This document shows, piece by piece, positions 8,924 to 17,340 of a stretch of DNA of 64,000 bases (the stretch's first letter is position 1; each line of letters begins with the position of its first letter). Under the pieces are notes generated by a model. It saw nothing but the letters and a program-made list of their open reading frames with translations. It did not search any database and was not told where the DNA came from. The stretch is taken from the NCBI GenBank assembly GCA_964496275.1, contig CAZBYL010000003.1, forward strand, positions 9,261 to 73,260, written 5' to 3'. This DNA is from an uncultured Synergistaceae bacterium. Its GTDB lineage: Bacteria > Synergistota > Synergistia > Synergistales > Synergistaceae. The position numbers were made by a program, and so were the translations under genes.

Positions 8924-9215
8924 AGAATTTTCCTTTGTCGCAGATTCTATCAACACGCCAAAAAGCATCTTTCGTTTTCAATTCATGCGGGTTCGTTCCG
9001 GTAAGAAGTTCGTCGAGAACACACTCTTTGGCCGCTTCGATGCTATGAGTCTCTCCCAGCTTCATGTGCAGTTTATCGCACAACTCAATTGTGTTGAACA
9101 CCAAACAGACGAGAACCAGAACGACGGGAATAAGGACAAGAATCTCTACAAGCAGACTCCCGCACCTTTTAGTTCCCTTTTTAGGACATGTATCGTTCGA
9201 TATCTTTAACGTCAT
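8850..9215 (-). CDS. small pseudopilin-like protein
   Basis: MTLKISNDTCPKKGTKRCG|SLLVEILVLIPVVLVLVCLVF has Gly at -1, Glu at +5 and a hydrophobic helix. The start overlaps the pilT 3' end by about 35 nt. Confidence 0.5.
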   Translation of the reverse strand: MTLKISNDTCPKKGTKRCGSLLVEILVLIPVVLVLVCLVFNTIELCDKLHMKLGETHSIEAAKECVLDELLTGTNPHELKTKDAFWRVDRICDKGKFYEVHISVDGFMERRSAVLMWPSTS

Positions 9216-10257
9216 GCGCGTAAGCAAGTGTGTCTCGGCGCGATATCAACCCTTCGTTATACATTCTGGCAAGATCCTGATCCATCGTATGCATCCCGAG
9301 GGACGCGCCAGTCTGTATTGTGTTGTTAATCTGAGAAGTTTTTGACTCGCGTATGTGGTTTCGTACGGCGTTTGTCGCGAGCATAAATTCCGTTGCCACC
9401 ATTCGCCCCGTTCCGGTCAACAACGGAACAAGCTGCTGAGACAAAATCCCGATAAGTATTGAAGAAAGCTGCACTCGAATCTGCTGCTGCTGATACGGAG
9501 GGAAAACGTCTATAATTCTGTCGATGCTCTGCGGGGCATCGGGTGTGTGCAGCGTGGCAAGCACGAGATGTCCCGTTTCGGCCGCTGTGACGGCGGCCGA
9601 AATTGTTTCAAGGTCACGAAGCTCGCCAATCATGATAACATCGGGATCCTGACGCATTGCACGGCGAAGAGCCTCGGCAAAGCTTTTGGTATCGCTGCCC
9701 ACTTCTCTCTGGTGAATAAGAGCCTGCTCTGATTCATAAATATATTCAATCGGGTCTTCTATAGTTATAATATGAACGGCACGTGTGACATTGATTTGCT
9801 GAACTACGGCAGCTAATGTTGTTGATTTTCCTGATCCTGTAGGTCCGGTTACAATAAAAAGTCCGTTATTTTTTTCGGCTACGCCGCGCACTCCCTCAGG
9901 AAGACACAGTTGCTTAATGGTACGAATACTGGGGGTTATAATCCTCAAAGCCAGAGTGGGATTACCCCTCTCAAAAGAGAAGTTTCCCCTGAAACGCTGA
10001 ACACTTTCCGAACCGTGGCTCAGATTAAAGCTAAAATCATATTCTCTCTCCGCAGCAAAACTTTCCGCCTGCTCCTTGGAAAGAAGATTGTTCATAATGT
10101 ACTCCATATCGTCAATGGTAACAGGCTCCGCACCGGGATGTTTTATCAAACTTCCGTTGACTCGTAAAGAGGGCGGAGTTCCTATCCCTATGTGGATATC
10201 ACTGGCGGAATTTCTGATTCCGTCCAAAAGCAGAGCATTGAGGTCAAACGACGCCAT
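9181..10257 (-). CDS. pilT: type IV pilus twitching motility (retraction) ATPase PilT
   Basis: 358 aa with Walker A GPTGSGKSTTLAA, Asp box, Walker B and His box (ATLHT). The size and the lack of an N-terminal GSPII domain are typical of PilT. Confidence 0.9.
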   Translation of the reverse strand: MASFDLNALLLDGIRNSASDIHIGIGTPPSLRVNGSLIKHPGAEPVTIDDMEYIMNNLLSKEQAESFAAEREYDFSFNLSHGSESVQRFRGNFSFERGNPTLALRIITPSIRTIKQLCLPEGVRGVAEKNNGLFIVTGPTGSGKSTTLAAVVQQINVTRAVHIITIEDPIEYIYESEQALIHQREVGSDTKSFAEALRRAMRQDPDVIMIGELRDLETISAAVTAAETGHLVLATLHTPDAPQSIDRIIDVFPPYQQQQIRVQLSSILIGILSQQLVPLLTGTGRMVATEFMLATNAVRNHIRESKTSQINNTIQTGASLGMHTMDQDLARMYNEGLISRRDTLAYAHDVKDIERYMS

Positions 10258-10267
10258 TACTTCACTC

Positions 10268-11977
10268 CTAATCTATCATAGTGGTGCAAAGCATCTCTTC
10301 CACACTTGTTATACCGGCAAGAACCTTGCCCCTAGCCGATTCTCTAAGCGTTTTCATACCGTTTTTACGCGCGTACGCTCTTATCTCATGTTCAGAACTT
10401 GCATTATTTATCATGTCACGCAGAGCAGAATCTATCAGCATCATTTCTGAAATAACCGTACGTCCGCTGTAGCCGGTAAAACGGCAAGACGGACACCCAA
10501 CAGGCTCGTATGCGACAGTACCCTGCGGTACGCCTATTTCGTTGGCAGTGACATCAGGTATTACATGTTCCCTCTTACAATTCGGACAAAGTTTTCTCAC
10601 AAGCCTTTGAGCTAAAATTCCCCGCAGTGATGAGGCTAAGAGGAAATTCGGAACACCCATGTCAACAAGCCTGTTTATTGCCGTCGGGGCGTCGTTGGTG
10701 TGAAGTGTGCTCAAAACCAAGTGTCCGGTCAGAGCGATGCGAACGGCAAGGTGCGCGGTTTCCGTATCTCTTATCTCACCCACCATAAGTTTATCAGGGT
10801 CCTGACGTAAAATTGCTCTTAATGTGCTTCCAAAAGTCAGTCCTATCTTTTCATTAATCTGAATCTGTGTAATCCCGGGAATCGTAAACTCGACAGGATC
10901 CTCCAAAGTGATGATATTAACACCGGGATTATTTATTATTTCAAGAAGGGAATAGAGAGTAGTCGACTTTCCGCTTCCGGTTGGTCCTGTGACAAGAAAA
11001 ATTCCGTGCGATGATGCTATCGCCGCGTTTAACGATGCCACAAGTTCATGTTCGAACCCAAGTTTTTCTATCCCTACATTCTCATTGCTCTGGTCGAGCA
11101 GACGAAGAACAGCCTTCTCCCCAAACATCGAGGGCAGTGTCGAAACTCGGAGATCTATTCGTTTTTGGCTTACTTTTATCAAAATTCGCCCATCCTGCGG
11201 ACGTCTTTTTTCCGCAATATCCATACCGGAAAGAATTTTTATTCTCGCAATAAGGGGCAGGTGCAGGTTTTTGGGTATCTCTAGACTTGTAAAAAGAACT
11301 CCGTCAATTCTAAGGCGAACTCTAGTAACTCCGTCGGAAGGTTCTATATGTATGTCAGACGCCTTTTCTCTTACTCCTTGTTCAAGTATGCTGTTGACAA
11401 GCTTAACGACGGGTGCATCGTCCGTCGCAATCGTGGACACGTCCTGTGCCATTGAGGGCGATATTGTGACGGTGTCTCCGCCGATATTCTTTTCCTGCTT
11501 CATAATGTCTGCCATGGCTTCGTGAACGCTCGTTTGAACCCTGTAATAATTAGAAAGAGCCTTGCTGATATCAGATGCCGTGGCAACTTTTATATCAACA
11601 TCACGTCTTGTCAGCATACGAATTTCATCTACAGCCAGAGCATCCATAGGGTCTGACATAGCAACACTTATATGGATACTGTCGGGCAGTTCCAAAGGAA
11701 TAACATTCAGCCTTGTCGCAACATTTTCAGGAATAACCGCAAGCGCTTCCTGCTGAGGGCGAGTTTTTATCAAAGACACAAAAGGAAGCTCCAACTGTTC
11801 GGAAAGAGCTTCTGCCAAATGAAGTTCAGTAAGATAGCCGTTCTTTATAAGGACCTCTCCGAGCCGCATCTGGGAAACCTTCTGCTCACCAAGCGCGGCC
11901 TCCAAATTCGCCTTTGTAATTGCACCTGCATTTATCAGAAGTTCACCGAGACGCATAATCTTGACCGGTTTGCTCAT
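10268..11977 (-). CDS. pilB: type IV pilus assembly ATPase PilB (GspE family) with N-terminal MshEN-type domain
   Basis: 569 aa with Walker A GPTGSGKSTTLYS and the tetracysteine CPNC...CPSC. The N-terminus carries two RLGxxLIxxGxxxxxxLxxALxxQ repeats. Confidence 0.9.
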   Translation of the reverse strand: MSKPVKIMRLGELLINAGAITKANLEAALGEQKVSQMRLGEVLIKNGYLTELHLAEALSEQLELPFVSLIKTRPQQEALAVIPENVATRLNVIPLELPDSIHISVAMSDPMDALAVDEIRMLTRRDVDIKVATASDISKALSNYYRVQTSVHEAMADIMKQEKNIGGDTVTISPSMAQDVSTIATDDAPVVKLVNSILEQGVREKASDIHIEPSDGVTRVRLRIDGVLFTSLEIPKNLHLPLIARIKILSGMDIAEKRRPQDGRILIKVSQKRIDLRVSTLPSMFGEKAVLRLLDQSNENVGIEKLGFEHELVASLNAAIASSHGIFLVTGPTGSGKSTTLYSLLEIINNPGVNIITLEDPVEFTIPGITQIQINEKIGLTFGSTLRAILRQDPDKLMVGEIRDTETAHLAVRIALTGHLVLSTLHTNDAPTAINRLVDMGVPNFLLASSLRGILAQRLVRKLCPNCKREHVIPDVTANEIGVPQGTVAYEPVGCPSCRFTGYSGRTVISEMMLIDSALRDMINNASSEHEIRAYARKNGMKTLRESARGKVLAGITSVEEMLCTTMID

Positions 11978-12045
11978 ATCATCATCTCCGCATAAAGTAA
12001 TCTATGCAAAACTTTACGAACCAGGTGCAGCGTGCCCCTATATTA

Positions 12046-13866
12046 TTACTGAATCAAACTTTTGTTGGGCATACTGTATACTTCGGAACTCCCAGAAGGG
12101 ACATCAAGAATGTACGGAACAACTATAAACGCCATCTCGGATTTTATATGCTTGTCATTCCTTGTTTTAAAAAGTTCGCCGATAATGGGGATATAGCTGA
12201 GAACAGGGACTCTTACAACGCCCTTTGTCTTATTTTCCTGATACAGACCGCCAATTACAAACAACTCGCCGTTACGCACCCTAATCTGGGTATCCACATG
12301 TCTTTTGGTAGTCTCGGGCATCTCAGAGTTTCCGCTCTTTCTGAACTGCACTATTTCTCCTGTTTCGATCTTAAGTTTAAGCGTCAAGAACCCGTCCCTG
12401 CCTATCAGCGGCGTGATATCCAAGGTAGGACCTGTTTCCTGTTCCGAAAACTGGGGATTTCTGCTCTCGTCGAGGCCTGTCTGGTAGAGATAGTTGTGCG
12501 TCAGCTTTATGGAGGCTTTCTGACCGTCAAGCGCAACTACGGAGGGGTTTGCAAGCACCTTGCCCTTGTTATTATCCTCCATTGCCTTCAATCCGGCATC
12601 AAGCATCTTCATTGCAGGATTCACAACATTAACTGGGAAGGTAGAATCCGTCGTTCCGGGTATGGGCAGCTCTCCGGGAGTACTTGTACCCACCGGATCA
12701 ACATTGCCTTCGAAATTGCCATACGTATAGTTAGTAGTAAGCCCGGATGCACCATACGTGAAAATCCAGCCTTTATAAACACCAGCAATCAGTGCCTCGA
12801 CTTCTTGCTTAGCGTTGTCATTAACCTCAATAAGCCTTGCCTGGAGCATAACCTGACGTCCAGGGTGGTCTATTCTGTTCATAAGAGCCTCAATTTGACG
12901 GTGCTGCTCAGGCATTGCCGTTACAAATACGGAACGCCTTCTTTCATCCATAACGGGTGGATTAGGCAATGGTACAAGAGACATAATCATCGCAGAAACC
13001 TTGGATATCTCCGCATAGGCAACTTTATATTCTTTAGTTTGGTTCTTACCGAGGGTCTTCCCTATACTTTCCGACGTACCGATTACAAGAGTCTTGCCCA
13101 TAAGTGCATACGTTAAATCGTTCATACGAAGCATGTAGGCAAATACTTCGCTGAACTTAGCTTTTTTAAATGAAAAAGTCATTGGATTGTCAGGAACAGT
13201 TGAGTCTATAACCAAATTCATATTTTTTAGATTTGCCAGCATACGAAAAACGTCTCGTACTGAAACCTCTCTCAGCTCCAAAGTCACTGGCGAGTTCATT
13301 CCCAACGGATCACTACTACTGATATGACGCGCCGGAGTCAGGACGGGAGGCTCCACATCCGACTCCGCCTTAAGTCTGATTGTAATCAGGTCAGAACCGG
13401 GCATGCCTCTCACATTGTCAACTTTAAGCTGCCTTTCCCCCGTAAGGACCATTCTCATGCCATCATTGTCAGCAGATACAACCTGAACTCTCTGCACAAG
13501 AGGATAATCATATTTCTGCCACCATTCGTTACTCATTTTCTTCGTAAACTTAAAAACGCTCCAGCCGTACTCGTCCCACCAATCCTGCTTATCAGTATTA
13601 CGCGGGAAGCGCACTCCGGTCCATTCCAAAACCAAAGCGGCATCGGCACTGTCGGCAACTCGCGGCAGAGGCATCTTTGTACCCCTTATTTCCAGAATCA
13701 CATCATCTCCGCCTATCTGGCGAACACGCATTCCCTCAATCACAGATTTGAGCTCTTTAGTTTCGGCCAAAGTCTCAACACCCAAAGCAGGGAGAGCGGC
13801 AAACAGTGATATCAGCAGGAAAAATATTAGTGCTACAAGTCTGTGCGGTGCTTTTCGTTTGTCCAT
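12046..13866 (-). CDS. pilQ: type IV pilus secretin PilQ (signal peptide, AMIN-like N-domain, secretin C-domain)
   Basis: 606 aa with signal peptide LVALIFFLLISLFAALPALG. Secretin core ...VLANPSVVALDGQKASI...GELFVIGGLYQ...VPVLSYIPIIGELFK. Confidence 0.85.
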   Translation of the reverse strand: MDKRKAPHRLVALIFFLLISLFAALPALGVETLAETKELKSVIEGMRVRQIGGDDVILEIRGTKMPLPRVADSADAALVLEWTGVRFPRNTDKQDWWDEYGWSVFKFTKKMSNEWWQKYDYPLVQRVQVVSADNDGMRMVLTGERQLKVDNVRGMPGSDLITIRLKAESDVEPPVLTPARHISSSDPLGMNSPVTLELREVSVRDVFRMLANLKNMNLVIDSTVPDNPMTFSFKKAKFSEVFAYMLRMNDLTYALMGKTLVIGTSESIGKTLGKNQTKEYKVAYAEISKVSAMIMSLVPLPNPPVMDERRRSVFVTAMPEQHRQIEALMNRIDHPGRQVMLQARLIEVNDNAKQEVEALIAGVYKGWIFTYGASGLTTNYTYGNFEGNVDPVGTSTPGELPIPGTTDSTFPVNVVNPAMKMLDAGLKAMEDNNKGKVLANPSVVALDGQKASIKLTHNYLYQTGLDESRNPQFSEQETGPTLDITPLIGRDGFLTLKLKIETGEIVQFRKSGNSEMPETTKRHVDTQIRVRNGELFVIGGLYQENKTKGVVRVPVLSYIPIIGELFKTRNDKHIKSEMAFIVVPYILDVPSGSSEVYSMPNKSLIQ

Positions 13867-14411
13867 GTCCAGCTCACCCCTTTTGCATCTATTGCTGTAA
13901 CTCTGCCCTTGCCATTTCCAAAAACGGAACCTACCCGAAAAATCTGCCCCGGTGCTTCGTCATCAATGTCAAGTGTAGCGGCACCTCCGCCATCCAAAAT
14001 AATAAGGGCCTTGATCGTTACGGCAGGAATTATGTTTACCGAGGCCAATGCATCACCGGAAACAGCATCATCCGCCATCATAGCGACAGGAGAACGTCCT
14101 ACGGCTTCTCCGACAGCAATGAGCTGCTCGCTTTCGGCACGATATCGTCCATAAGCTTCACTCATTTTTGTTATTAAGGCAATTTCGTCTGTCACTTCCT
14201 GGGAAGGACCTGAAATAGCCTTTCCGAGTAATTTATCGTCAGATGAATAATTCTTCAGCCAAACAAAATTGCCCATGCTGTAAAAAGCCGCAAATACAAA
14301 AAAAAGAAATATGGCAAAAAACGAATAGAGCTTCTTTCGTTCCTCAACGGAAGACGGTAGCCTTATTGATGAATACTTCAAACGATCGGCAAATTCGGAA
14401 AAACCGCTCAT
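13833..14411 (-). CDS. PilP-like pilus assembly protein (single TM plus C-terminal beta domain)
   Basis: TM segment LYSFFAIFLFFVFAAFY. The C-terminal ...ALIILDGGGAATLDIDDEAPGQIFRVGSVFGNGKGRVTAIDAKGVSW resembles the PilP/GspC homology region. Sits between the pilO-like gene and pilQ. Confidence 0.45.
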   Translation of the reverse strand: MSGFSEFADRLKYSSIRLPSSVEERKKLYSFFAIFLFFVFAAFYSMGNFVWLKNYSSDDKLLGKAISGPSQEVTDEIALITKMSEAYGRYRAESEQLIAVGEAVGRSPVAMMADDAVSGDALASVNIIPAVTIKALIILDGGGAATLDIDDEAPGQIFRVGSVFGNGKGRVTAIDAKGVSWTWTNEKHRTDL

Positions 14412-14944
14412 TTTGCCGCCTCCACTGATGGTGGCGCTGGATTTAGTTTTGCCTGTACAACGAACATAAAATCCACTCCCCCCGTTGTAGGACTGGAAAT
14501 ATTCAAGTTAGAAACCCTAAGCAAAAGATTGCTCTCTCTGAAAGATAGCAACAAACGCATCAGGGCAAAATAGTCATTTGTTCCGCTGATATTGAAACTG
14601 ACAAAATCACCCTCATCATCACCTTTTATTAACTCGGCATCGGACATACCTACGGAGTCCAACTTAGTTATAAGGAACGAGTAAACCTGCGTCGGAGATA
14701 CGGCCTCGGCAGGAAGCTTCATACCGTCAAAATTCACGTTTGACTTATAATACATAAGTGACTCAGACTTACTTTCAAAAATTCTCTCCTGAAGCGCCGT
14801 TTCACTTCTCATCGAGGATACTTCCTCGCTCAGCAAGCGTACATAACGCATCAGCGCAGTCTGTGCCGCTATCAAAAGCACTGCAAAAAGAGCAACGGAT
14901 ATAAATTGGCGTTTGGATATCTTAGTAAAATCTATATTAGTCAT
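14408..14944 (-). CDS. PilO-like pilus assembly protein
   Basis: 178 aa, N-terminal TM (FISVALFAVLLIAAQTAL) then coiled coil. ATGA-coupled on both sides within the pilMNOPQ order. The call rests on position and architecture. Confidence 0.5.
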   Translation of the reverse strand: MTNIDFTKISKRQFISVALFAVLLIAAQTALMRYVRLLSEEVSSMRSETALQERIFESKSESLMYYKSNVNFDGMKLPAEAVSPTQVYSFLITKLDSVGMSDAELIKGDDEGDFVSFNISGTNDYFALMRLLLSFRESNLLLRVSNLNISSPTTGGVDFMFVVQAKLNPAPPSVEAAK

Positions 14945-15555
14945 CGGGCGTCTCCTGATTCCACAGCCGCAGGTATTTCCGTGGCTGCATGAGATGCGGC
15001 ATTCAGCAGCGGCATTGGAATAAGTTTCAAGTTTACGGAATACGTAAACAAACCGCCCGTCCCCGCAACCGGTTTAATGTCGGGAAGTGAGGCAGAATCA
15101 ACACACGCAATGGACGCAAGCGCACCGGCAAGAGCCAATACCGCTTCTTCACCTTTAGCTTTTCCGGTAAGTGCAACATCTGTTTTTGTCATTTTCACAC
15201 TCTCAACAGACACTCCGTCCGGAATAACAGCGATAAGTGAAGAGAAAAACTCTATGGACGGAATATCTTCAAGCACAAAGCTCAACTTGTCTTTATAAAC
15301 CTGATTTGACGCGACAGCCTCAGTATAAGAAATATTTACGGAATCCAACTTTGAGCTTACGGCGGCAGACTTTTCAAGCAGCAACGCACGCTCAGAGCGA
15401 AGTGCATAAACCTTCCAGCCTCCCACAGCCAAAACTATAAAAGACGCTATAAAAAACAAAGAAGCAACGGCAAAGACGGCAAGATGCTTGTAACTCTTCT
15501 CGCCCTCATCCGCAGTTTCTTTTCCGGGAATCAAAAGATCAAGTCTAACTACCAT
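14941..15555 (-). CDS. PilN-like pilus assembly protein
   Basis: 204 aa, TM (LAVFAVASLFFIASFIVLAV) followed by a coiled coil and a ferredoxin-like C-terminal part. Lies immediately downstream of pilM. Confidence 0.55.
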   Translation of the reverse strand: MVVRLDLLIPGKETADEGEKSYKHLAVFAVASLFFIASFIVLAVGGWKVYALRSERALLLEKSAAVSSKLDSVNISYTEAVASNQVYKDKLSFVLEDIPSIEFFSSLIAVIPDGVSVESVKMTKTDVALTGKAKGEEAVLALAGALASIACVDSASLPDIKPVAGTGGLFTYSVNLKLIPMPLLNAASHAATEIPAAVESGDAR

Positions 15556-15559
15556 AGAA

Positions 15560-16516
15560 TTACCTCAGAGCCAAACCGACAGGGATTTCCCAACTGTCGC
15601 CGGCGTTTCCAAAATCTATGCCGTGTATCTCCATACAATTTACATTTATGATTCTTTCCACCGAAAGATACGAACTCATCATGTCGGACAGCGTAGCGTC
15701 GGCGCCCGGCCCGCAGAGAAAAAGTTCTTTTGCTTCAAAACCTCTTATCTGGGACAAAGCAAACTGGAGAGAAGAACGAACCTCCTTGATAAACGCAACT
15801 TGCTGAGCGGCATAATCTTCATCTCCGTCAGGTAATTTCCGATCTATGCCATCAAAACCGATAGACATACTCCTGTAAAAAACACCGTTTCCCTTCCACG
15901 AAAGAATGAGAACAGAGCGGCTCCTGCCGGCATATACATATACAGACGCATCCGAAGGCGGAATCAAAGGAGTCGCAGCACGCTCTATCGCTATCTGCGC
16001 GGGTTCGATAGCATCAATTTGAAAACCGTGAGCCGCTGCGGCATTCATAATATTTTCCACTAATGAAAGTCTTGTTGCACACACGATAAAACGTTTATCA
16101 ACCGCATTGTTCGGAAGCGGGTACTCTATTTGAGCCATATCAAAAATTCCTTCCTCTGTCGGGAAAGGAAAATAATTTTCAAATTCATAGCGAAAAGCAA
16201 GCTTCGCCTCAGGCAAGGTCATACCCGGCAAATTTACGATGCGAAGAAGAGAATCGGACGTCGGAAGCGACACACTGACAGGAATTTTTACATCAGAAAT
16301 TTTTGTTGAAAGATAAGAAAAGCACCGATCCAAATTTATTCCGCCCTTAATAAATGGATCATCATCGAACTCGGGCACACCGCTCACATCCCCGCCGGCA
16401 TGATCCGTCACAGAGTATGAGCCCACAGAACCCTGAACGGCGAGATAACGAAACATCCCCCTGTCGATCAAAAGCCCTGCCCTAGATTTTTTCTTACTGG
16501 AAAATAACTGCATCAA
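15560..16516 (-). CDS. pilM: type IV pilus assembly protein PilM (actin-like ATPase fold)
   Basis: 318 aa, cytoplasmic, first gene after the pilA terminator. Length and layout (LLIDRGMFRYLAV... / ...ELFLCGPGA) fit PilM. Confidence 0.75.
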   Translation of the reverse strand: MMQLFSSKKKSRAGLLIDRGMFRYLAVQGSVGSYSVTDHAGGDVSGVPEFDDDPFIKGGINLDRCFSYLSTKISDVKIPVSVSLPTSDSLLRIVNLPGMTLPEAKLAFRYEFENYFPFPTEEGIFDMAQIEYPLPNNAVDKRFIVCATRLSLVENIMNAAAAHGFQIDAIEPAQIAIERAATPLIPPSDASVYVYAGRSRSVLILSWKGNGVFYRSMSIGFDGIDRKLPDGDEDYAAQQVAFIKEVRSSLQFALSQIRGFEAKELFLCGPGADATLSDMMSSYLSVERIINVNCMEIHGIDFGNAGDSWEIPVGLALR

Positions 16517-16569
16517 TGTACCTCACGCAAAAATGGCTTAAAATTGGAAAAATCCAAAATCGGCAAATG

Positions 16570-16618
16570 AAAAAAACTCAGCAGGAATCGCCGCACACTT
16601 TGTGCGGCGATTCCTGCT
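16570..16618 (-). terminator. Rho-independent terminator downstream of pilA
   Basis: Perfect 18-bp stem AGCAGGAATCGCCGCACA / TGTGCGGCGATTCCTGCT (16580-16597 and 16601-16618) with a 3-nt loop. It is followed on the minus strand by GAG and a T7 run (16570-16576). Confidence 0.85.
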
Positions 16619-16633
16619 TGTTAGTCTGTAGTG

Positions 16634-17071
16634 TTAGTCAGCTTTTCTAAGCGGAATAGAGAATAAATCTCCACTTACCGATAGACCTGCTGTGGACTGC
16701 ATTGCTTTGAGCTTGTCTTTGATGCCGGAAGCTGTTGATGTACCATTATACTGAACGCGACACGCCGTTTGGTCACCTTCAATTGTGAACTTATCGTTGG
16801 TAGCAAGCAATGGAGAGTCAAGATATTTGTCAACAGATGCCTTATTAGCAGGATCAACGGGCCATGTATTGTAGTCCGCATAGCACATTATTGCGGCTGC
16901 CTTTACGTTGCGCATGTCGGATACGATCTTCGTTGCCTCTGCCTTGTCCGTTGCCGCTCCAGTTGAGAGCATCATCATGCCTGCAAGTATACCGATAATA
17001 ATAATGACGATGAGAAGCTCAACCAGTGTAAAACCCTTTGCCTTACGATACTTCTTGAGAATCTTGTTCAA
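16634..17071 (-). CDS. pilA: major type IV pilin (prepilin with class III signal peptide)
   Basis: TTG 17071 lies 8 nt after AGGAGG and gives MNKILKKYRKAKG|FTLVELLIVIIIIGILAGMMM. The 35-codon upstream extension in the track (MCNNHAVTG...) covers the promoter and is not coding. Confidence 0.85.
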   Translation of the reverse strand: MNKILKKYRKAKGFTLVELLIVIIIIGILAGMMMLSTGAATDKAEATKIVSDMRNVKAAAIMCYADYNTWPVDPANKASVDKYLDSPLLATNDKFTIEGDQTACRVQYNGTSTASGIKDKLKAMQSTAGLSVSGDLFSIPLRKAD

Positions 17072-17096
17072 TTTTGTTTCCTCCTCTTTGAGTATT

Positions 17097-17125
17097 ATTA
17101 TACTTTTTACATTCGCACAGCACAA
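17097..17125 (-). promoter_or_regulatory. candidate sigma-70 promoter of pilA
   Basis: On the minus strand, TTGTGC (17125-17120), a 17-nt spacer, then TATAAT (17102-17097). The RBS AGGAGG follows about 10 nt downstream. Confidence 0.45.
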
Positions 17126-17340
17126 AACGTTAGTTCCATCTATGCCGCATCCTGTAACAGCGTGATTATTGCACATATATAGTCTTTTTGTCCAGTATAC
17201 AGAAACATTTTGCCATAAATTAAAAGTTATATTTAGACGCGTTCCTGAAAATTTTACAATATATTCATAAGTTAGTAATATTTCTAAAAATATAATTCCT
17301 CAATGAAGAGCGAGAAGTACCCGCATAAAACTGCGCCAAG

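Noticed and set aside
12004-13116. The longest plus-strand ORF in the track (370 aa)
   Set aside because: It lies entirely antisense to the well-supported pilQ secretin gene. Its translation is rich in Arg/Cys/His/Leu with no motif, no RBS and no neighbouring plus-strand genes. This is a typical shadow ORF.
16634-17176. The 180-aa version of the pilin ORF given in the track
   Set aside because: The first 35 codons (MCNNHAVTGCGIDG...) overlap a good -35/-10 pair and precede the AGGAGG RBS. The class III signal peptide begins at TTG 17071, so I shortened the gene.
17200-17216. A TGGCA element upstream of pilA that looked like a sigma-54 -24 box
   Set aside because: The required GG-N10-GC spacing fails: the sequence reads GGCAAAATGTTTCT, with CT where GC should be. 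No sigma-54 activator gene is nearby. The sigma-70-like promoter closer to the gene fits better.
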